DNA of 64,000 nucleotides, taken from positions 1,344,001-1,408,000 of the forward strand of contig CBDCDC010000002.1 in the NCBI GenBank assembly GCA_965215195.1. The letters run 5' to 3'. This stretch comes from Candidatus Latescibacterota bacterium (lineage in GTDB: Bacteria > Latescibacterota > UBA2968 > UBA8231). The notes beneath the pieces were generated by a model. That model saw only the letters and a program-made list of their open reading frames with translations, was not told the origin of the DNA and ran no database searches. Position 1 is the stretch's first letter, and every line of letters starts with the position of its first letter. This document shows, in pieces, positions 1 through 10,161 of this stretch. The position numbers and the translations under genes were made by a program.

Positions 1-2
1 TC

Positions 3-1706
3 GCTATCGAGAGCCACGCGCTCGGGCAGACCCAACGGGCGCAAGAGGCCCTCGACGCGGCCATCGGCATTTTAGCCGACCTCGACGAGCACGACGCGCT
101 CGTGGATACTGTGCAGGCCGCAACGCTCGGCCTAGCTATTGAACGGGCGTACCTCGACCTGTTGCCGCACTTGGAGCGCTTGCCCGCCGACAGCCACTTG
201 AACCTGCTGCTCGAAGGGCTAGCCGAGGAAAAAGTCGAGCACCTGCTGGCAGATGCCGAGCCTTTGGTCCGCATCCGCCAGCTCGGCCGCCGCTGCGACA
301 TGCCCATTGACGCCAACGATCGCGTCGTCGCCAGCCTCCACTTCTTCCAGACGCGGGGTCGCAAGACCTTTGCCACTTGGTTGCAGCGCGCCGGGCGCTA
401 CCGCACACTGATCGTCGATATCCTCCGGCGCGAGGGGATGCCCAGCGATCTTTTTTATTTAGCAGTCATCGAGAGCGGCCTCAATCCAAGGGCCTATTCG
501 CGGGCGCGGGCCGTGGGGTTGTGGCAGTTTATGGCGCATACCGGCCGCATGATGGGCCTCGAGCGCACCCATTGGATCGACGAGCGGCGCGACCCGATCA
601 AGGCGACCGTTGCTGCTGCCCGATACCTAAAAGACCACCTCTTAGCAGAGTTCGGCGACTGGCGCTTAGCTTTGGCCGCGTACAACGCCGGGCCAGGACG
701 AGTCCGCCGGGCCATCGCCCGCGCCGACACCAACGACTACTGGCAGCTCGATCTGCCCCGCGAAACGAAAAACTACGTGCCGCTCTTCATGGCCGCGGCC
801 GTTATAGCCAAGGATCCACAACTTTTTGGTTTTGAGCCCCAAGCCGAAGAGCCAGCCTTTACATACGAGGAAGTCGTCCTGCCCGCAGACTGGCCGTATG
901 TCGATCTGAAAGCGGCGGCTCAGCTCTTGGGCATCGAACGCCAAGTATTGCACGACCTCAACCCCGAGTTGCGCCAAGACATGACACCGCCGGGATCTCC
1001 GTCTTATGTTTTGAGGGTGCCGCGGGGTAAGAAGCAACTCTTGCTCGACCAGTACGCTAGCCTGCCGGCCCCACAGAAGGCGGCGGTCCATCGGTATCAG
1101 GTGCAACGCGGCGATACAATCTCTGGTATCGCCCAAGCCTTTGGCGTCTCCACGCAGGTCATTGCCGCGGCCAATAGCTTGAGAAACCCCCACCTCATCC
1201 GGCCGCGGCAGATGCTCTATATCCCGATCCCGTTCGCCCCAAAGGCCAAGCAAGCGCGTAGCAGCCGGGGGACCTATACCGTCCAGCCGAACGATGTACT
1301 CGGCCGCATCGCTTCCCAGCACGGGGTGAGGCTGCGCGACTTGATGAAATGGAACGGCCTCAAAACCACGCTGATCAAACCCGGTCAGGAATTGGTGGTG
1401 CGACGACAGCCTATCCCCGGCGCGACCTACACCGTGCAGCCGGGCGATACGCTGTGGGAGTTGGCCCGACACTTCTCGGTTAGTGTCAACGATTTGAAAG
1501 TGTGGAACGGCCTCAAAACCGAGCGGATCAAACCCGGTCAACAGCTAATCGTGGCCAACGCGCAAGCATACACCGTGGTCACGGGCGATACCCTGCACAG
1601 CATCGCCCGCAAATTCGGCCTCGCCCCCGGCGACATTGCCCGCCAGAACAACATCGGCCTCTCGGAGACGCTGCTGGCGGGTACGACCTTGCAAATCCCG
1701 CGGTGA
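3..1706 (+). CDS. mltD: MltD-like lytic transglycosylase with multiple LysM domains (5'-truncated by window edge)
   Basis: SLT motifs (AVIESG, GLWQFM, LAAYNAG, ETKNYV) followed by four LysM repeats (YQVQRGDT, YTVQPND, YTVQPGDT, YTVVTGDT); frame is open from base 3, ORF track starts at GTG 102. Confidence 0.88.
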   Translation, partial: AIESHALGQTQRAQEALDAAIGILADLDEHDALVDTVQAATLGLAIERAYLDLLPHLERLPADSHLNLLLEGLAEEKVEHLLADAEPLVRIRQLGRRCDMPIDANDRVVASLHFFQTRGRKTFATWLQRAGRYRTLIVDILRREGMPSDLFYLAVIESGLNPRAYSRARAVGLWQFMAHTGRMMGLERTHWIDERRDPIKATVAAARYLKDHLLAEFGDWRLALAAYNAGPGRVRRAIARADTNDYWQLDLPRETKNYVPLFMAAAVIAKDPQLFGFEPQAEEPAFTYEEVVLPADWPYVDLKAAAQLLGIERQVLHDLNPELRQDMTPPGSPSYVLRVPRGKKQLLLDQYASLPAPQKAAVHRYQVQRGDTISGIAQAFGVSTQVIAAANSLRNPHLIRPRQMLYIPIPFAPKAKQARSSRGTYTVQPNDVLGRIASQHGVRLRDLMKWNGLKTTLIKPGQELVVRRQPIPGATYTVQPGDTLWELARHFSVSVNDLKVWNGLKTERIKPGQQLIVANAQAYTVVTGDTLHSIARKFGLAPGDIARQNNIGLSETLLAGTTLQIPR

Positions 1707-1707
1707 C

Positions 1708-2175
1708 ATGAATGCGGTCCGCCATATCCTCTTGCTGGCACTGGCCTTCACCCTGCAAACCACTTGGGTTGATTCCCTAGAGGTATGGTCGAGCAAACCC
1801 GATCTATTGATCGTGATATTGACCCTCGTCGCGCTGCGCAGCGGGCCGATTGTCGGGACCTGTATGGGGCTGGGAGTCGGCATCCTTCAAGACATATACC
1901 TGCCCGCGTACCTCGGAGTCAACGCGCTCGCCAAGTCGCTCATCGGCGCAGGCCTCGGCTACTGCCACGCCCGCATGGTCGCCGACAGCATCCAAGTCCA
2001 GACCGGGCTGGTTTTTCTCGCCGTGATCGTCCATGATCTCATCTACTACGTGGGTGCGAGGGCCGATTTGCCCCTTGAGGTGAGCATCTTGGTGGGCCGC
2101 GCCGCGTACACGAGCCTGATCAGTGCGGTTTTCTTCGCCGGCTTGGCCCTCAAGCGCCATCTCTTCCCCGCTTGA
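1708..2175 (+). CDS. mreD: rod shape-determining protein MreD
   Basis: ATG 1708, 1 nt after upstream stop; hydrophobic ~155 aa with KPDLLIV and GILQD...LGVNAL motifs; directly upstream of PBP2. Confidence 0.85.
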   Translation: MNAVRHILLLALAFTLQTTWVDSLEVWSSKPDLLIVILTLVALRSGPIVGTCMGLGVGILQDIYLPAYLGVNALAKSLIGAGLGYCHARMVADSIQVQTGLVFLAVIVHDLIYYVGARADLPLEVSILVGRAAYTSLISAVFFAGLALKRHLFPA

Positions 2176-2177
2176 TC

Positions 2178-3938
2178 ATGGAATACCAAGTACAACAAGA
2201 TCAGCGCCCACCCCTCATCAGCCTCCTCGCACCCGTCGTCTTGCTGTTCGCGGTTTTGGTCTTGCGTCTGTTCTATTTGCAGGTCATCACCTCGGCCGAT
2301 TACGCCCGCGAGTCCGAGGAAAACCGCATTGCTCAGCGGCGCGTCAAGGCCCCGCGCGGGCTGATCTACGATCGCGATGGCCACATCTTGGCTCGCACCC
2401 GGCCGTTTTACACCGTCTCATTGGAGCGCACCACGCGCAAGGATTTCGACGCGGCCACCGCGGCGTTTACAGAGGCTGTCGGCGACCTAGAACTAGACGG
2501 CGAATACAGCCGCAAATACCGCACCATCCGCCTCAAGCGCGATGTTGATTTCCGCACGGTGTCGATCGTAGAGGAGCAGCTCAGGGCCGCTTGGCCCCTG
2601 CTCGATATTGAAATCGAGACCCAGCGCTACTATCCCCACGGCCCGGTGGCCGCCCATCTGCTCGGCTATCTCGGCATGATCCGCGACCAAGATCTACAGG
2701 GCAAAAACGATAACGCCTACGTGCTTGGCGACTTTATCGGCAAGACCGGAATCGAGAAGATGTACGAAAATAGCCTGCGCGGTCGCGACGGCATGGTGTA
2801 CGTCGAAATTGACGCAGTCGGGCGCACGGGCCGGGGGTTTCCCGAGCGCGACCTGCTCCCCGTACCCGGCGAGCCCCTGCATCTGACTGTTGACTTGGAG
2901 GTACAACTCGCGGCTGAGCGCGCCCTGCCCGATAGCTTGGCCGGGTCGCTCGTCGCGCTCGACCCGCGCACCGGGGCCGTGCTGGCCTTGGTCAGCAAGC
3001 CGACCTTTGACCCCAACATTTTCGTGTCGTTCCAAGCCCAAAAGGAGCGGCGGCGAGTGTTGCAGAGCGAGACCATGCTGCTCAACCGCGCCTTGCACGG
3101 GCGTTATCCACCTGGCTCAACGCTCAAGATGGTCAGTGCCATAGCCGCGCTCGAAACGGGCGTCACCGATACGCTGAGCCTGTTTGAGCCTTGCTATGGT
3201 TCGCTGACCGTGGGCAGGAGCAGGTTCCGCTGCCACAAGCGCGAGGGCCACGGCGGCTTGACCCTCTTAGGGGCGATCGAGACCTCCTGTAATGTTTACT
3301 TCTACCATTTGGCCCGGTTGCTGAGCATTGAAAGGTGGCACGAGTACGCGGCCAAACTCGGCTTCGGCCAGCCGACCGGGGTCGTCCATCCCGGGGAAGC
3401 GGCCGGCCTCCTGCCCTCGCGCCAGTACTACGAGGAGCGCGGCGGCTGGTCCTTCGGTCACCTGCTCAACCTCTCCATTGGCCAAGGGGCCGTACTGGTC
3501 ACGCCCATTCAGATGGCCCGCTACGTGGCCGCCATTGCCAACGGTGGCTACTTGGTCACTCCATACATCAGCGGCGCTCCACCCCCCCGCCAACGCATTG
3601 ACGGCATTTCGCCGCAGACCGTCGACATCGTGAGAAAGGCCATGCTGCGGGTGGTGGCCAACAACACCGGCACCGGCCGGCGAGCGCGGGTTGCCGGCGT
3701 CGCAATTGCGGCCAAGACTGGTACCGCGCAAGTGCCCAACCGAGACGACGACGCTTGGATGGTGGCCTTTGCTCCGTACGAGGATCCCGCCATTGCCATA
3801 GCGGCCGTGGTCGAAGGGGGCGGCAGCGGTGGGATGCGAGTTGGCCCGGTCGTGCGCGAGGTCGTCAAAGCCTTCTGTATCCAAGAGGGGATCATTGCTC
3901 CAGCAGACACGCTCTTAGCTAACCACGGAACGCTTTAG
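2178..3938 (+). CDS. mrdA: penicillin-binding protein 2
   Basis: N-terminal TM (RLFYLQV), APRGLIYDRDG, SxxK (STLK), SxN (SCN), KTG (KTGTAQ); between mreD and rodA. Confidence 0.93.
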   Translation: MEYQVQQDQRPPLISLLAPVVLLFAVLVLRLFYLQVITSADYARESEENRIAQRRVKAPRGLIYDRDGHILARTRPFYTVSLERTTRKDFDAATAAFTEAVGDLELDGEYSRKYRTIRLKRDVDFRTVSIVEEQLRAAWPLLDIEIETQRYYPHGPVAAHLLGYLGMIRDQDLQGKNDNAYVLGDFIGKTGIEKMYENSLRGRDGMVYVEIDAVGRTGRGFPERDLLPVPGEPLHLTVDLEVQLAAERALPDSLAGSLVALDPRTGAVLALVSKPTFDPNIFVSFQAQKERRRVLQSETMLLNRALHGRYPPGSTLKMVSAIAALETGVTDTLSLFEPCYGSLTVGRSRFRCHKREGHGGLTLLGAIETSCNVYFYHLARLLSIERWHEYAAKLGFGQPTGVVHPGEAAGLLPSRQYYEERGGWSFGHLLNLSIGQGAVLVTPIQMARYVAAIANGGYLVTPYISGAPPPRQRIDGISPQTVDIVRKAMLRVVANNTGTGRRARVAGVAIAAKTGTAQVPNRDDDAWMVAFAPYEDPAIAIAAVVEGGGSGGMRVGPVVREVVKAFCIQEGIIAPADTLLANHGTL

Positions 3939-3941
3939 CTC

Positions 3942-5180
3942 ATGCGCCTCCTCCGCCAACTCGACTTCCCGCTCCTAATTGCAACGTTGGCGACCGTACT
4001 AATCGGCATCATCGCGATCTATAGTGCTACGTATCACAACGATTCTACCGCAGTGCAGAACGCCTGGAGTAAGCAGGTCCAATTCGCGATCTTGGCCTTG
4101 GCCTTGGCCTTGGCGGTCGTCTATGTCCCGGAAAAGGTCATTTACAGCGTTGGTTATCTGCTGTACCTGAGCGGCATTGTGAGCCTAATCGCGGTGTTGG
4201 CTTGGGGCACGGGCGACGCTACCCGCTGGTTGCGCTTGGGGCCGTTGGTGTTGCAGCCTTCGGAGCTGGCCAAGATCGCGACCATCATCGCCCTAGCGCG
4301 CTACCTAAGCGACCGCAGCGTCGAGCGCATCAACTCCTTGGGCGGCTTTCTCGGGGCCTTGTTCCTCATCTTGGTGCCGCTCGCCTTGATTGTGCGCCAG
4401 CCCGACTTGGGGACCGCGGTTTCTTTTGGTGCGCCGCTTTTCCCCATGCTCTATTGGGCGGGGATGCGCAAGTTTTTCATCTTCCTCGTCGTTTCGCCGC
4501 TCATCAGCGTCATCTGCTCCTTAGATCCACTGTGGCAATGGGGCACTCCGTACGTCTTCGGCATCTTCCTCGTCGGCAGCACCTTCTTGATCCACCATTT
4601 TCTGCGCCAACTCTGGCTGACCATTTCCATGGCCTTAATCAACACCTCGGCGGGTTTGCTCACGGTGTACTTTTTAGAGCACTTCCTGCATCCATACCAG
4701 AAGGCCCGCATTATGACCTTCTTCAATCCAGAGAGCGATCCGCTCAGATCTGGGTGGAACATCATCCAGTCCAAGATCGCCATTGGCTCTGGAGGGCTGA
4801 CGGGCAAGGGCTTCCTAGAAGGCACGCAGACCAAGCACCAGTTCCTGCCGGCCGCTCATACTGATTTCATCTTTTCGGTCATCGGGGAGGAGGGGGGGTT
4901 TGTCGTGGCCCTGATAGTGCTGGGCTTGTTCTTTTTTCTCATCTATCGGGCACTGCACATCGCCTCCATGGCCAACAATGCCTTTTATAGCCTGACGGCC
5001 ATCGGCGTGGCCGCGATGCTGACCTTCCACGTGTTCATCAACATTGGCATGACCATCGGCGTCATGCCCATCACCGGCCTGCCGCTGCCCTTTCTCAGCT
5101 CGGGAGGCTCCTCGCTGTTGTCCAACCTCCTCGCCATCGGCCTGCTCCTCCACATCGACACCTACCGCCACGAGTTTTGA
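3942..5180 (+). CDS. rodA: rod shape-determining protein RodA (SEDS)
   Basis: QPSELAK, QPDLGT, SKIAIGSGG, HTDFIFSVIGEE, GLPLPFLS motifs. Confidence 0.95.
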   Translation: MRLLRQLDFPLLIATLATVLIGIIAIYSATYHNDSTAVQNAWSKQVQFAILALALALAVVYVPEKVIYSVGYLLYLSGIVSLIAVLAWGTGDATRWLRLGPLVLQPSELAKIATIIALARYLSDRSVERINSLGGFLGALFLILVPLALIVRQPDLGTAVSFGAPLFPMLYWAGMRKFFIFLVVSPLISVICSLDPLWQWGTPYVFGIFLVGSTFLIHHFLRQLWLTISMALINTSAGLLTVYFLEHFLHPYQKARIMTFFNPESDPLRSGWNIIQSKIAIGSGGLTGKGFLEGTQTKHQFLPAAHTDFIFSVIGEEGGFVVALIVLGLFFFLIYRALHIASMANNAFYSLTAIGVAAMLTFHVFINIGMTIGVMPITGLPLPFLSSGGSSLLSNLLAIGLLLHIDTYRHEF

Positions 5181-6239
5181 ATGCGCGTCGCTAGACAGGC
5201 CGTTTGCTGCGCCCTGCTCGGCGCGTTCGTCATCAGCAACCCGCAATGCGGTACCTATCGAGCCGGACACGCCCAGCTAGCGCACACCTATCTGCGCGAC
5301 GGCCTCTATGGCCAAGCCCTCGCCGAAACCCGGCGCGCCATCCGCCAAGACGGGCCGGACGACCGCGTACTCCTCATCGCCGCCCTCGCCCGGCTGGGCC
5401 TAGACGAAGTGGATGCCGCACTAGAACTGATCGGCCAAGCCATTGCCTTGGCACCGGACAACGACGACCTGTACCGGGCCCTGCGCGACATTTGCCAAAG
5501 AGAACAGCGCTTCGCCCAAACCGAAAAGCTCCTCGCGCACCTGCGCGCAGACCACGGGCAGAGCGCGTCCCTGTGGGCGACCGAGGGCTGGCTCTACGCC
5601 CATCAGGAGCGGCCCGATGCCGCCGTAGAAGCACTGCGCCAAGCCATCCAACTCGACGGGCACCACCTCTTCGCCCACATTGAACTCGGCCGCCTCTTAA
5701 TTGCCGAGGGACGACTCGCCGCGGCCGAAACCGCGCTCGCCGCGGCCGTACACATGCAACCCGATAACCCCCAGCTCGTCCTCGCCTTGGGGGATTGCCA
5801 GCTCCGCCAAGGGCTTGCTGAGCGGGCCGCCCACACTTTTGCCCAAGCACTGGAGGCCGGGGTCATCAGTGCAGTTGACATCGCCCGCACCTACTACGAG
5901 CGCGAGCGGCCCGACCGCGCCATTGAATACTACGAGCGCGCCTTGGCCGGTGCTCCAGACGATCCGCTGATCCTCAATAACTTGGCTTGGACCTATGCAG
6001 AAGAGGGCCTGCGCCTTAGCTATGCCCTGAATCTGTCGATGCGCGCGGTCAAGCTCGACGCAGAAAGCTCGGTCTATTTGGACACCTATGCGGAATTGCT
6101 GCACCTGTTGGGGCGGCACGCCCACGCGGTGGCCATTATGCGCCAAGCCCTCGCGCTCGAGCCGACCGACGGCGAGCACCGGGCCTATCTCGAAGGCCAG
6201 ATGGCGAAATTCCGCCGTGCGCTCGCCGCACACCTGTGA
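5181..6239 (+). CDS. tetratricopeptide repeat protein, probably exported
   Basis: Repeated TPR-like helices (A...Y..AL...P.D, LNNLAW, YLDTYA); N-terminal hydrophobic stretch; abuts rodA stop. Confidence 0.8.
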   Translation: MRVARQAVCCALLGAFVISNPQCGTYRAGHAQLAHTYLRDGLYGQALAETRRAIRQDGPDDRVLLIAALARLGLDEVDAALELIGQAIALAPDNDDLYRALRDICQREQRFAQTEKLLAHLRADHGQSASLWATEGWLYAHQERPDAAVEALRQAIQLDGHHLFAHIELGRLLIAEGRLAAAETALAAAVHMQPDNPQLVLALGDCQLRQGLAERAAHTFAQALEAGVISAVDIARTYYERERPDRAIEYYERALAGAPDDPLILNNLAWTYAEEGLRLSYALNLSMRAVKLDAESSVYLDTYAELLHLLGRHAHAVAIMRQALALEPTDGEHRAYLEGQMAKFRRALAAHL

Positions 6240-6240
6240 G

Positions 6241-7275
6241 TTAGGTTCGGTAGTGTTGGTAGTCGATATCGAGGTGTTCTAGCTTTGCGTACAGGCTTTT
6301 GCGCGACAAACCCACGTCTTCGGCCACTTGCGAAATCACCCCGCGGTGCCGGTGCAAGGCGTCGCAGAGGAAGTGCCGCTCAAACGAGTTCCGCGCTTCC
6401 CTAAAACCGCGCTCGCTCAGGTCGGGCTCTTCTTCGTCCTTCCAGTGGACGATCTCTTCGGGCACGTCTTCCTCCCGCAACAAGCTGTCGCTCGCGAGGA
6501 GGACCATGCGCTCGAGCGCGTTTTCCAACTGCCGCACATTGCCCGGCCACGGATAGGCCAAGAAGTGGTTTAAGGCCGCGGCGTCGAGCCCGAGAATTTT
6601 GCACCCGTTTTGCGCCGCCAGCCGGCGGATGAAGTATTCGATCAACAGGGGAATGTCTCCTTTGCGCTGGCGCAGCGGCGGCAGCTTCAGCGGCACGACA
6701 TTGAGCCGGTAGAAGAGGTCTTCGCGGAAGGCTCCTTTGCGGATCTCCTCTCGCAAATCGACGTTAGTAGCGGCGATGACCCGCACATCCACCTGCAAGG
6801 TCTCCGCGCCCCCGACGCGCTCGAACTCGCGCTCTTGCAAAACGCGCAACAGGCGCAGTTGCACGCGCATATCGGCCGCGCCAATCTCGTCGAGAAACAA
6901 GGTGCCGCGATCGGCTAGCTCAAAGCGACCTAAGCGCTGGCGGATCGCGCCGGTAAAGGCTCCTTTCTCGTGCCCGAACAGCTCGCTCTCCAACACGCCT
7001 TCGGGCAGCGAGGCGCAGTTGAGCCGCACAAACGAGGCCCTGCGCCTTGGGCTGCGCCCGTGCAAGCGCCTCGCCAGTACTTCTTTGCCGGTGCCGCTTT
7101 CTCCGGTGAGGAGCACGGTCGCCGGGGACTCGGCGACCCGGTCGGCTTGGGCTAGCAGGCGGCGGACTTGGGCGTTTTGGGTGATAAATTCGGGATGGTC
7201 AGTACAGCGGGGGGAGGACGCGCCCATTCGCGTAGCCGCGTCCGAGTTAGCAGACGTACAAGAATACACAGACAA
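6241..7275 (-). CDS. sigma-54-dependent Fis-family transcriptional activator lacking an N-terminal sensor domain
   Basis: GESGTGKE, GAFTGA, FLDEIG, DLFYRLNV, WPGNVRQLEN and C-terminal HTH; start TTG 7275 or GTG 7269 after GGAGG. Confidence 0.92.
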   Translation of the reverse strand: MSVYSCTSANSDAATRMGASSPRCTDHPEFITQNAQVRRLLAQADRVAESPATVLLTGESGTGKEVLARRLHGRSPRRRASFVRLNCASLPEGVLESELFGHEKGAFTGAIRQRLGRFELADRGTLFLDEIGAADMRVQLRLLRVLQEREFERVGGAETLQVDVRVIAATNVDLREEIRKGAFREDLFYRLNVVPLKLPPLRQRKGDIPLLIEYFIRRLAAQNGCKILGLDAAALNHFLAYPWPGNVRQLENALERMVLLASDSLLREEDVPEEIVHWKDEEEPDLSERGFREARNSFERHFLCDALHRHRGVISQVAEDVGLSRKSLYAKLEHLDIDYQHYRT

Positions 7276-7314
7276 CCTCCCTTCCTCATTTGGATATTTA
7301 ATACAAAAGTGAAT

Positions 7315-7342
7315 ATAATATGAGAATGCAAATAGTTGTCAA
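7315..7342 (-). promoter_or_regulatory. putative sigma-70 promoter of the sigma-54 activator
   Basis: TTGACA-16 nt-TATTAT on minus strand in an AT-rich gap. Confidence 0.5.
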
Positions 7343-7366
7343 GAACAACCAATGCGGATGGGGGGA

Positions 7367-8143
7367 TCAGGCCAAGACAGAGGGCCTAGCGGCGCATATC
7401 TCGGAAACCAAGCTATTGTAGTTGTTGGCTCCTCTCGATTCTGCGTCGTAGAGCACGACGGGCTGGCTAAAACCCGGGGCCTCGGCCAAGGTGATGTTGC
7501 GGCTGATGATCGTCTGATAGACCTTGTCGCCGAAGTGGTTGCGCACTTCTTGAGCCACGCGGCGACAAAGCTGCAAGCGAGCGTCGTACAGGGTGAGTAA
7601 AACGCCCTCAATTTCGAGGGTGGGGTTGAGATAGCGCCGCACCACGCGGATGGTATCGCTGAGCTTGCTCACGCCCTCTAAGGCATAGTACTCGCATTGC
7701 ACCGGGATGAGCACGGAATCGGCCGCGCTCAGCGCGTTGATCGTGAGCAAACCCAAAGACGGCGGGCAATCAATGAGAATAAATTCGTACTGCCCCTTTA
7801 CCGGATGCAGGGCTTCGGCCAGCCGCTTGTCGCGCCCAACCATGGCGGCCATCTCCACTTCAGCACCCGCGAGGCGGATGTGCCCGGGCACTACGAAGAG
7901 GTCCTTTATATAGGTGGGAAAGGTCGCCGAGGAGATGCTGAGCTGGCCTATCAAAACCTCGTAGGTAGAGGCGTAGTCGCTGCCGAGCGCGGCGTCGCAA
8001 CTACTAGTGGCATTGGCCTGCGGGTCTAAGTCGATGAGGAGGGTGGGGTGCCCGGAAAGGGCCAAACAGGCGGCGAGATTGACGGCCGTGGTGGTCTTGC
8101 CCACCCCGCCTTTTTGATTGGCGATAGCGATGATTTTGCCCAT
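7367..8143 (-). CDS. parA: ParA/Soj family ATPase
   Basis: MGKIIAIANQKGGVGKTTT, DLDPQAN, IDCPPSLG, PVQCEYYALEG, LAEAP. Confidence 0.93.
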   Translation of the reverse strand: MGKIIAIANQKGGVGKTTTAVNLAACLALSGHPTLLIDLDPQANATSSCDAALGSDYASTYEVLIGQLSISSATFPTYIKDLFVVPGHIRLAGAEVEMAAMVGRDKRLAEALHPVKGQYEFILIDCPPSLGLLTINALSAADSVLIPVQCEYYALEGVSKLSDTIRVVRRYLNPTLEIEGVLLTLYDARLQLCRRVAQEVRNHFGDKVYQTIISRNITLAEAPGFSQPVVLYDAESRGANNYNSLVSEICAARPSVLA

Positions 8144-8637
8144 GTCGATATTTTGCCCCGTGAAAGTCTGCAAAAAGGCTCAATCAGCTAGATCGGAGCG
8201 CACCCAAGCGCAATTCCGTGCTATTTAATGAGCAAAAAATAAAGCGGGCTAACTGATCGCTCCCACAGCAAAAGGGAGCCGCCAAAACTGTACTCAGGGG
8301 AGTTGTACAGAAGGCCTTCATCACCGCCTCTTCTTCAATATAAAGCGGTGTAATGGCTCGTCAAGGGATTGTACCGATTTGGTTATAGGCGAATAAAATA
8401 AAATTCATAACATTATATAAAATAAGATGTTATAACTTTTCAATAAATGAATTACAACCTCTGTGGCCTGCGGCGGGCGTAGTTCCTTATTATTCTTTTT
8501 CCCCTAAGTACACGACACCAATAACTTGTCGTTGATGGGCGATGAGTCCGGGATCGAGGGCGTCCCGCCCTCGACGAGGGTAAGGCCCTACTGTCGTGTA
8601 CTTAGCTTTTTCCCATAAAATCCAAAAGCAAAAAGCG

Positions 8638-9438
8638 ATGCAAAGCGATTCCACGTTCTCAGAATTAGTTGCTATCATGGCGCGTCTGCGCGGCCCCAAT
8701 GGCTGCCCTTGGGACCGCCAGCAGACGCACGCCACGCTCAGGCCCTATCTGTTGGAGGAGGCGCACGAGGCCCTCGAAGCCATTGACGCGGAAGACGACG
8801 CCGAGCTGTGCAAGGAGCTGGGCGATGTGTTGCTGCAAGTGGTGTTCCACGCCCAGATCGCGGCCGAGGAGGGCCGCTTCGACATTGAGGCGGTCGGCCA
8901 AGCCATCGTCGAGAAGCTGATTCGCCGCCATCCCCACGTCTTTGACGATGAGAGTGCGGACGGGGCCGACGAGGTTTTGCGCCGCTGGGAGCAGATCAAA
9001 AAGCAGGAGCGCCAAGAGCAAGGGAAAGCCGCGCCTTCACTGCTGGAGGGCATTCCCAAGCAGCTCCCCGCCCTAATGCGCGCCCAGCGGATCCAAGCGC
9101 GCGTCGCACAGCAGGGGTTTGATTGGGACGACATTGATGGCGCACTCGACAAGGTCGCAGAGGAATTCGCCGAAGTGCGCGAGGCTTGGGAGACGGGTGG
9201 GGCCGCAGCGGTCGAGGAGGAGTTTGGCGACCTGCTCTTCTCGCTGGTCAACGCCAGCCGCTTCCTCAAAGTAGATCCCGAGCAGGCCCTCAGGCGTGCA
9301 GTCGCCAAATTCGAGCGCCGCTTCCGCGCCCTAGAGGAGACCGTGCATGCGCGGGGCGAAGAAGTAGCTGCGCTCTCGCTGGCGGCCCTAGACGAGATAT
9401 GGGACGAGGTGAAAGCGCGCCAACGGGCCGAAGAATAA
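8638..9438 (+). CDS. mazG: nucleoside triphosphate pyrophosphohydrolase MazG
   Basis: GCPWD, LLEEAHE, ELGDVLLQVVFH, RRHPHVF, second domain EEEFGDLLF. Confidence 0.95.
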   Translation: MQSDSTFSELVAIMARLRGPNGCPWDRQQTHATLRPYLLEEAHEALEAIDAEDDAELCKELGDVLLQVVFHAQIAAEEGRFDIEAVGQAIVEKLIRRHPHVFDDESADGADEVLRRWEQIKKQERQEQGKAAPSLLEGIPKQLPALMRAQRIQARVAQQGFDWDDIDGALDKVAEEFAEVREAWETGGAAAVEEEFGDLLFSLVNASRFLKVDPEQALRRAVAKFERRFRALEETVHARGEEVAALSLAALDEIWDEVKARQRAEE

Positions 9439-9447
9439 GGAGGCGAC

Positions 9448-10161
9448 ATGGAGCTGGCCCTCGACAGGGTTCCCCTCCGCGTTGACGTGCTCTTTTTCGC
9501 CGCGGTCTTGGGCGTTTTGGCACTTTTGCTGTTGGCCGTGCGCACTGCTGCGCAGCGCACCAGCCAATCCGCCGACCGGTGGACGAGGTGGGCGGCGGCT
9601 GGAGCGGGGCTCTGGCTGGTATCGACCGGCCTGGCCGCGCTCTCGGGTGCGCTACGCGACTTTTCGCTACCCCTCTTTACAGCCTTGATGATCCTAACGA
9701 GCGGCGCGGCCTTTTCGCGGGTGGGGGCCGCGCTGATGGCTGCGGTCGGTCCGGTCGGCCTGATTGGCTTCCAGTTTTTCCGCATGCCGCTGGCTATGTT
9801 CCTCCAAGGGATGTACCAAGCCGGGCAGGCGCCGGTGCAGATGACCTACGAGGGGCTCAACTTCGACATCTTCGTCGGCTCAACCGCGCCGGCCATGGCT
9901 TGGCTAGTTTGGCGCGGCAAGGTGGGATCCTACGCGATATGGGCTTGGAATGCACTTGGACTGGTGCTGCTGGCCAATGCGGTCGTCGTCGCGGCCCTCT
10001 CCATGCCAACCGAGTTCCGCGTCTTCACCAACGAGCCGACGAGCGCGTTCGCGACCTACGCGCCCTACGTCTGGCTGCCAACGGTCTTGGCACCAGCCGC
10101 CCTAGTGGGTCATTTGCTGGTACTGCGCTGGCTGCTGTCGAGTTGCTCCGGGTCGAGGTAA
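9448..10161 (+). CDS. hypothetical integral membrane protein
   Basis: AGGAGG RBS; ~6 hydrophobic segments; NFDI and PYVWLP motifs. Confidence 0.65.
   Translation: MELALDRVPLRVDVLFFAAVLGVLALLLLAVRTAAQRTSQSADRWTRWAAAGAGLWLVSTGLAALSGALRDFSLPLFTALMILTSGAAFSRVGAALMAAVGPVGLIGFQFFRMPLAMFLQGMYQAGQAPVQMTYEGLNFDIFVGSTAPAMAWLVWRGKVGSYAIWAWNALGLVLLANAVVVAALSMPTEFRVFTNEPTSAFATYAPYVWLPTVLAPAALVGHLLVLRWLLSSCSGSR

Noticed and set aside
1350-1540. Direct repeats TGGAACGGCCTCAAAACC 153 bp apart
   Set aside because: Explained by LysM domain duplication
8174-8600. AT-rich gap next to parA as oriC or dif
   Set aside because: No TTATCCACA-type DnaA boxes, no parS palindrome and no convincing XerC/XerD arms; most simply a divergent promoter region
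8745-9785. Long antisense and alternative-frame ORFs throughout the window
   Set aside because: Arg/Pro/Ala-rich shadows expected in high-GC DNA, with no recognisable motifs
10110-10161. 52-bp convergent overlap of membrane protein and sulfatase
   Set aside because: Tail extensions of this kind are common in GC-rich genomes
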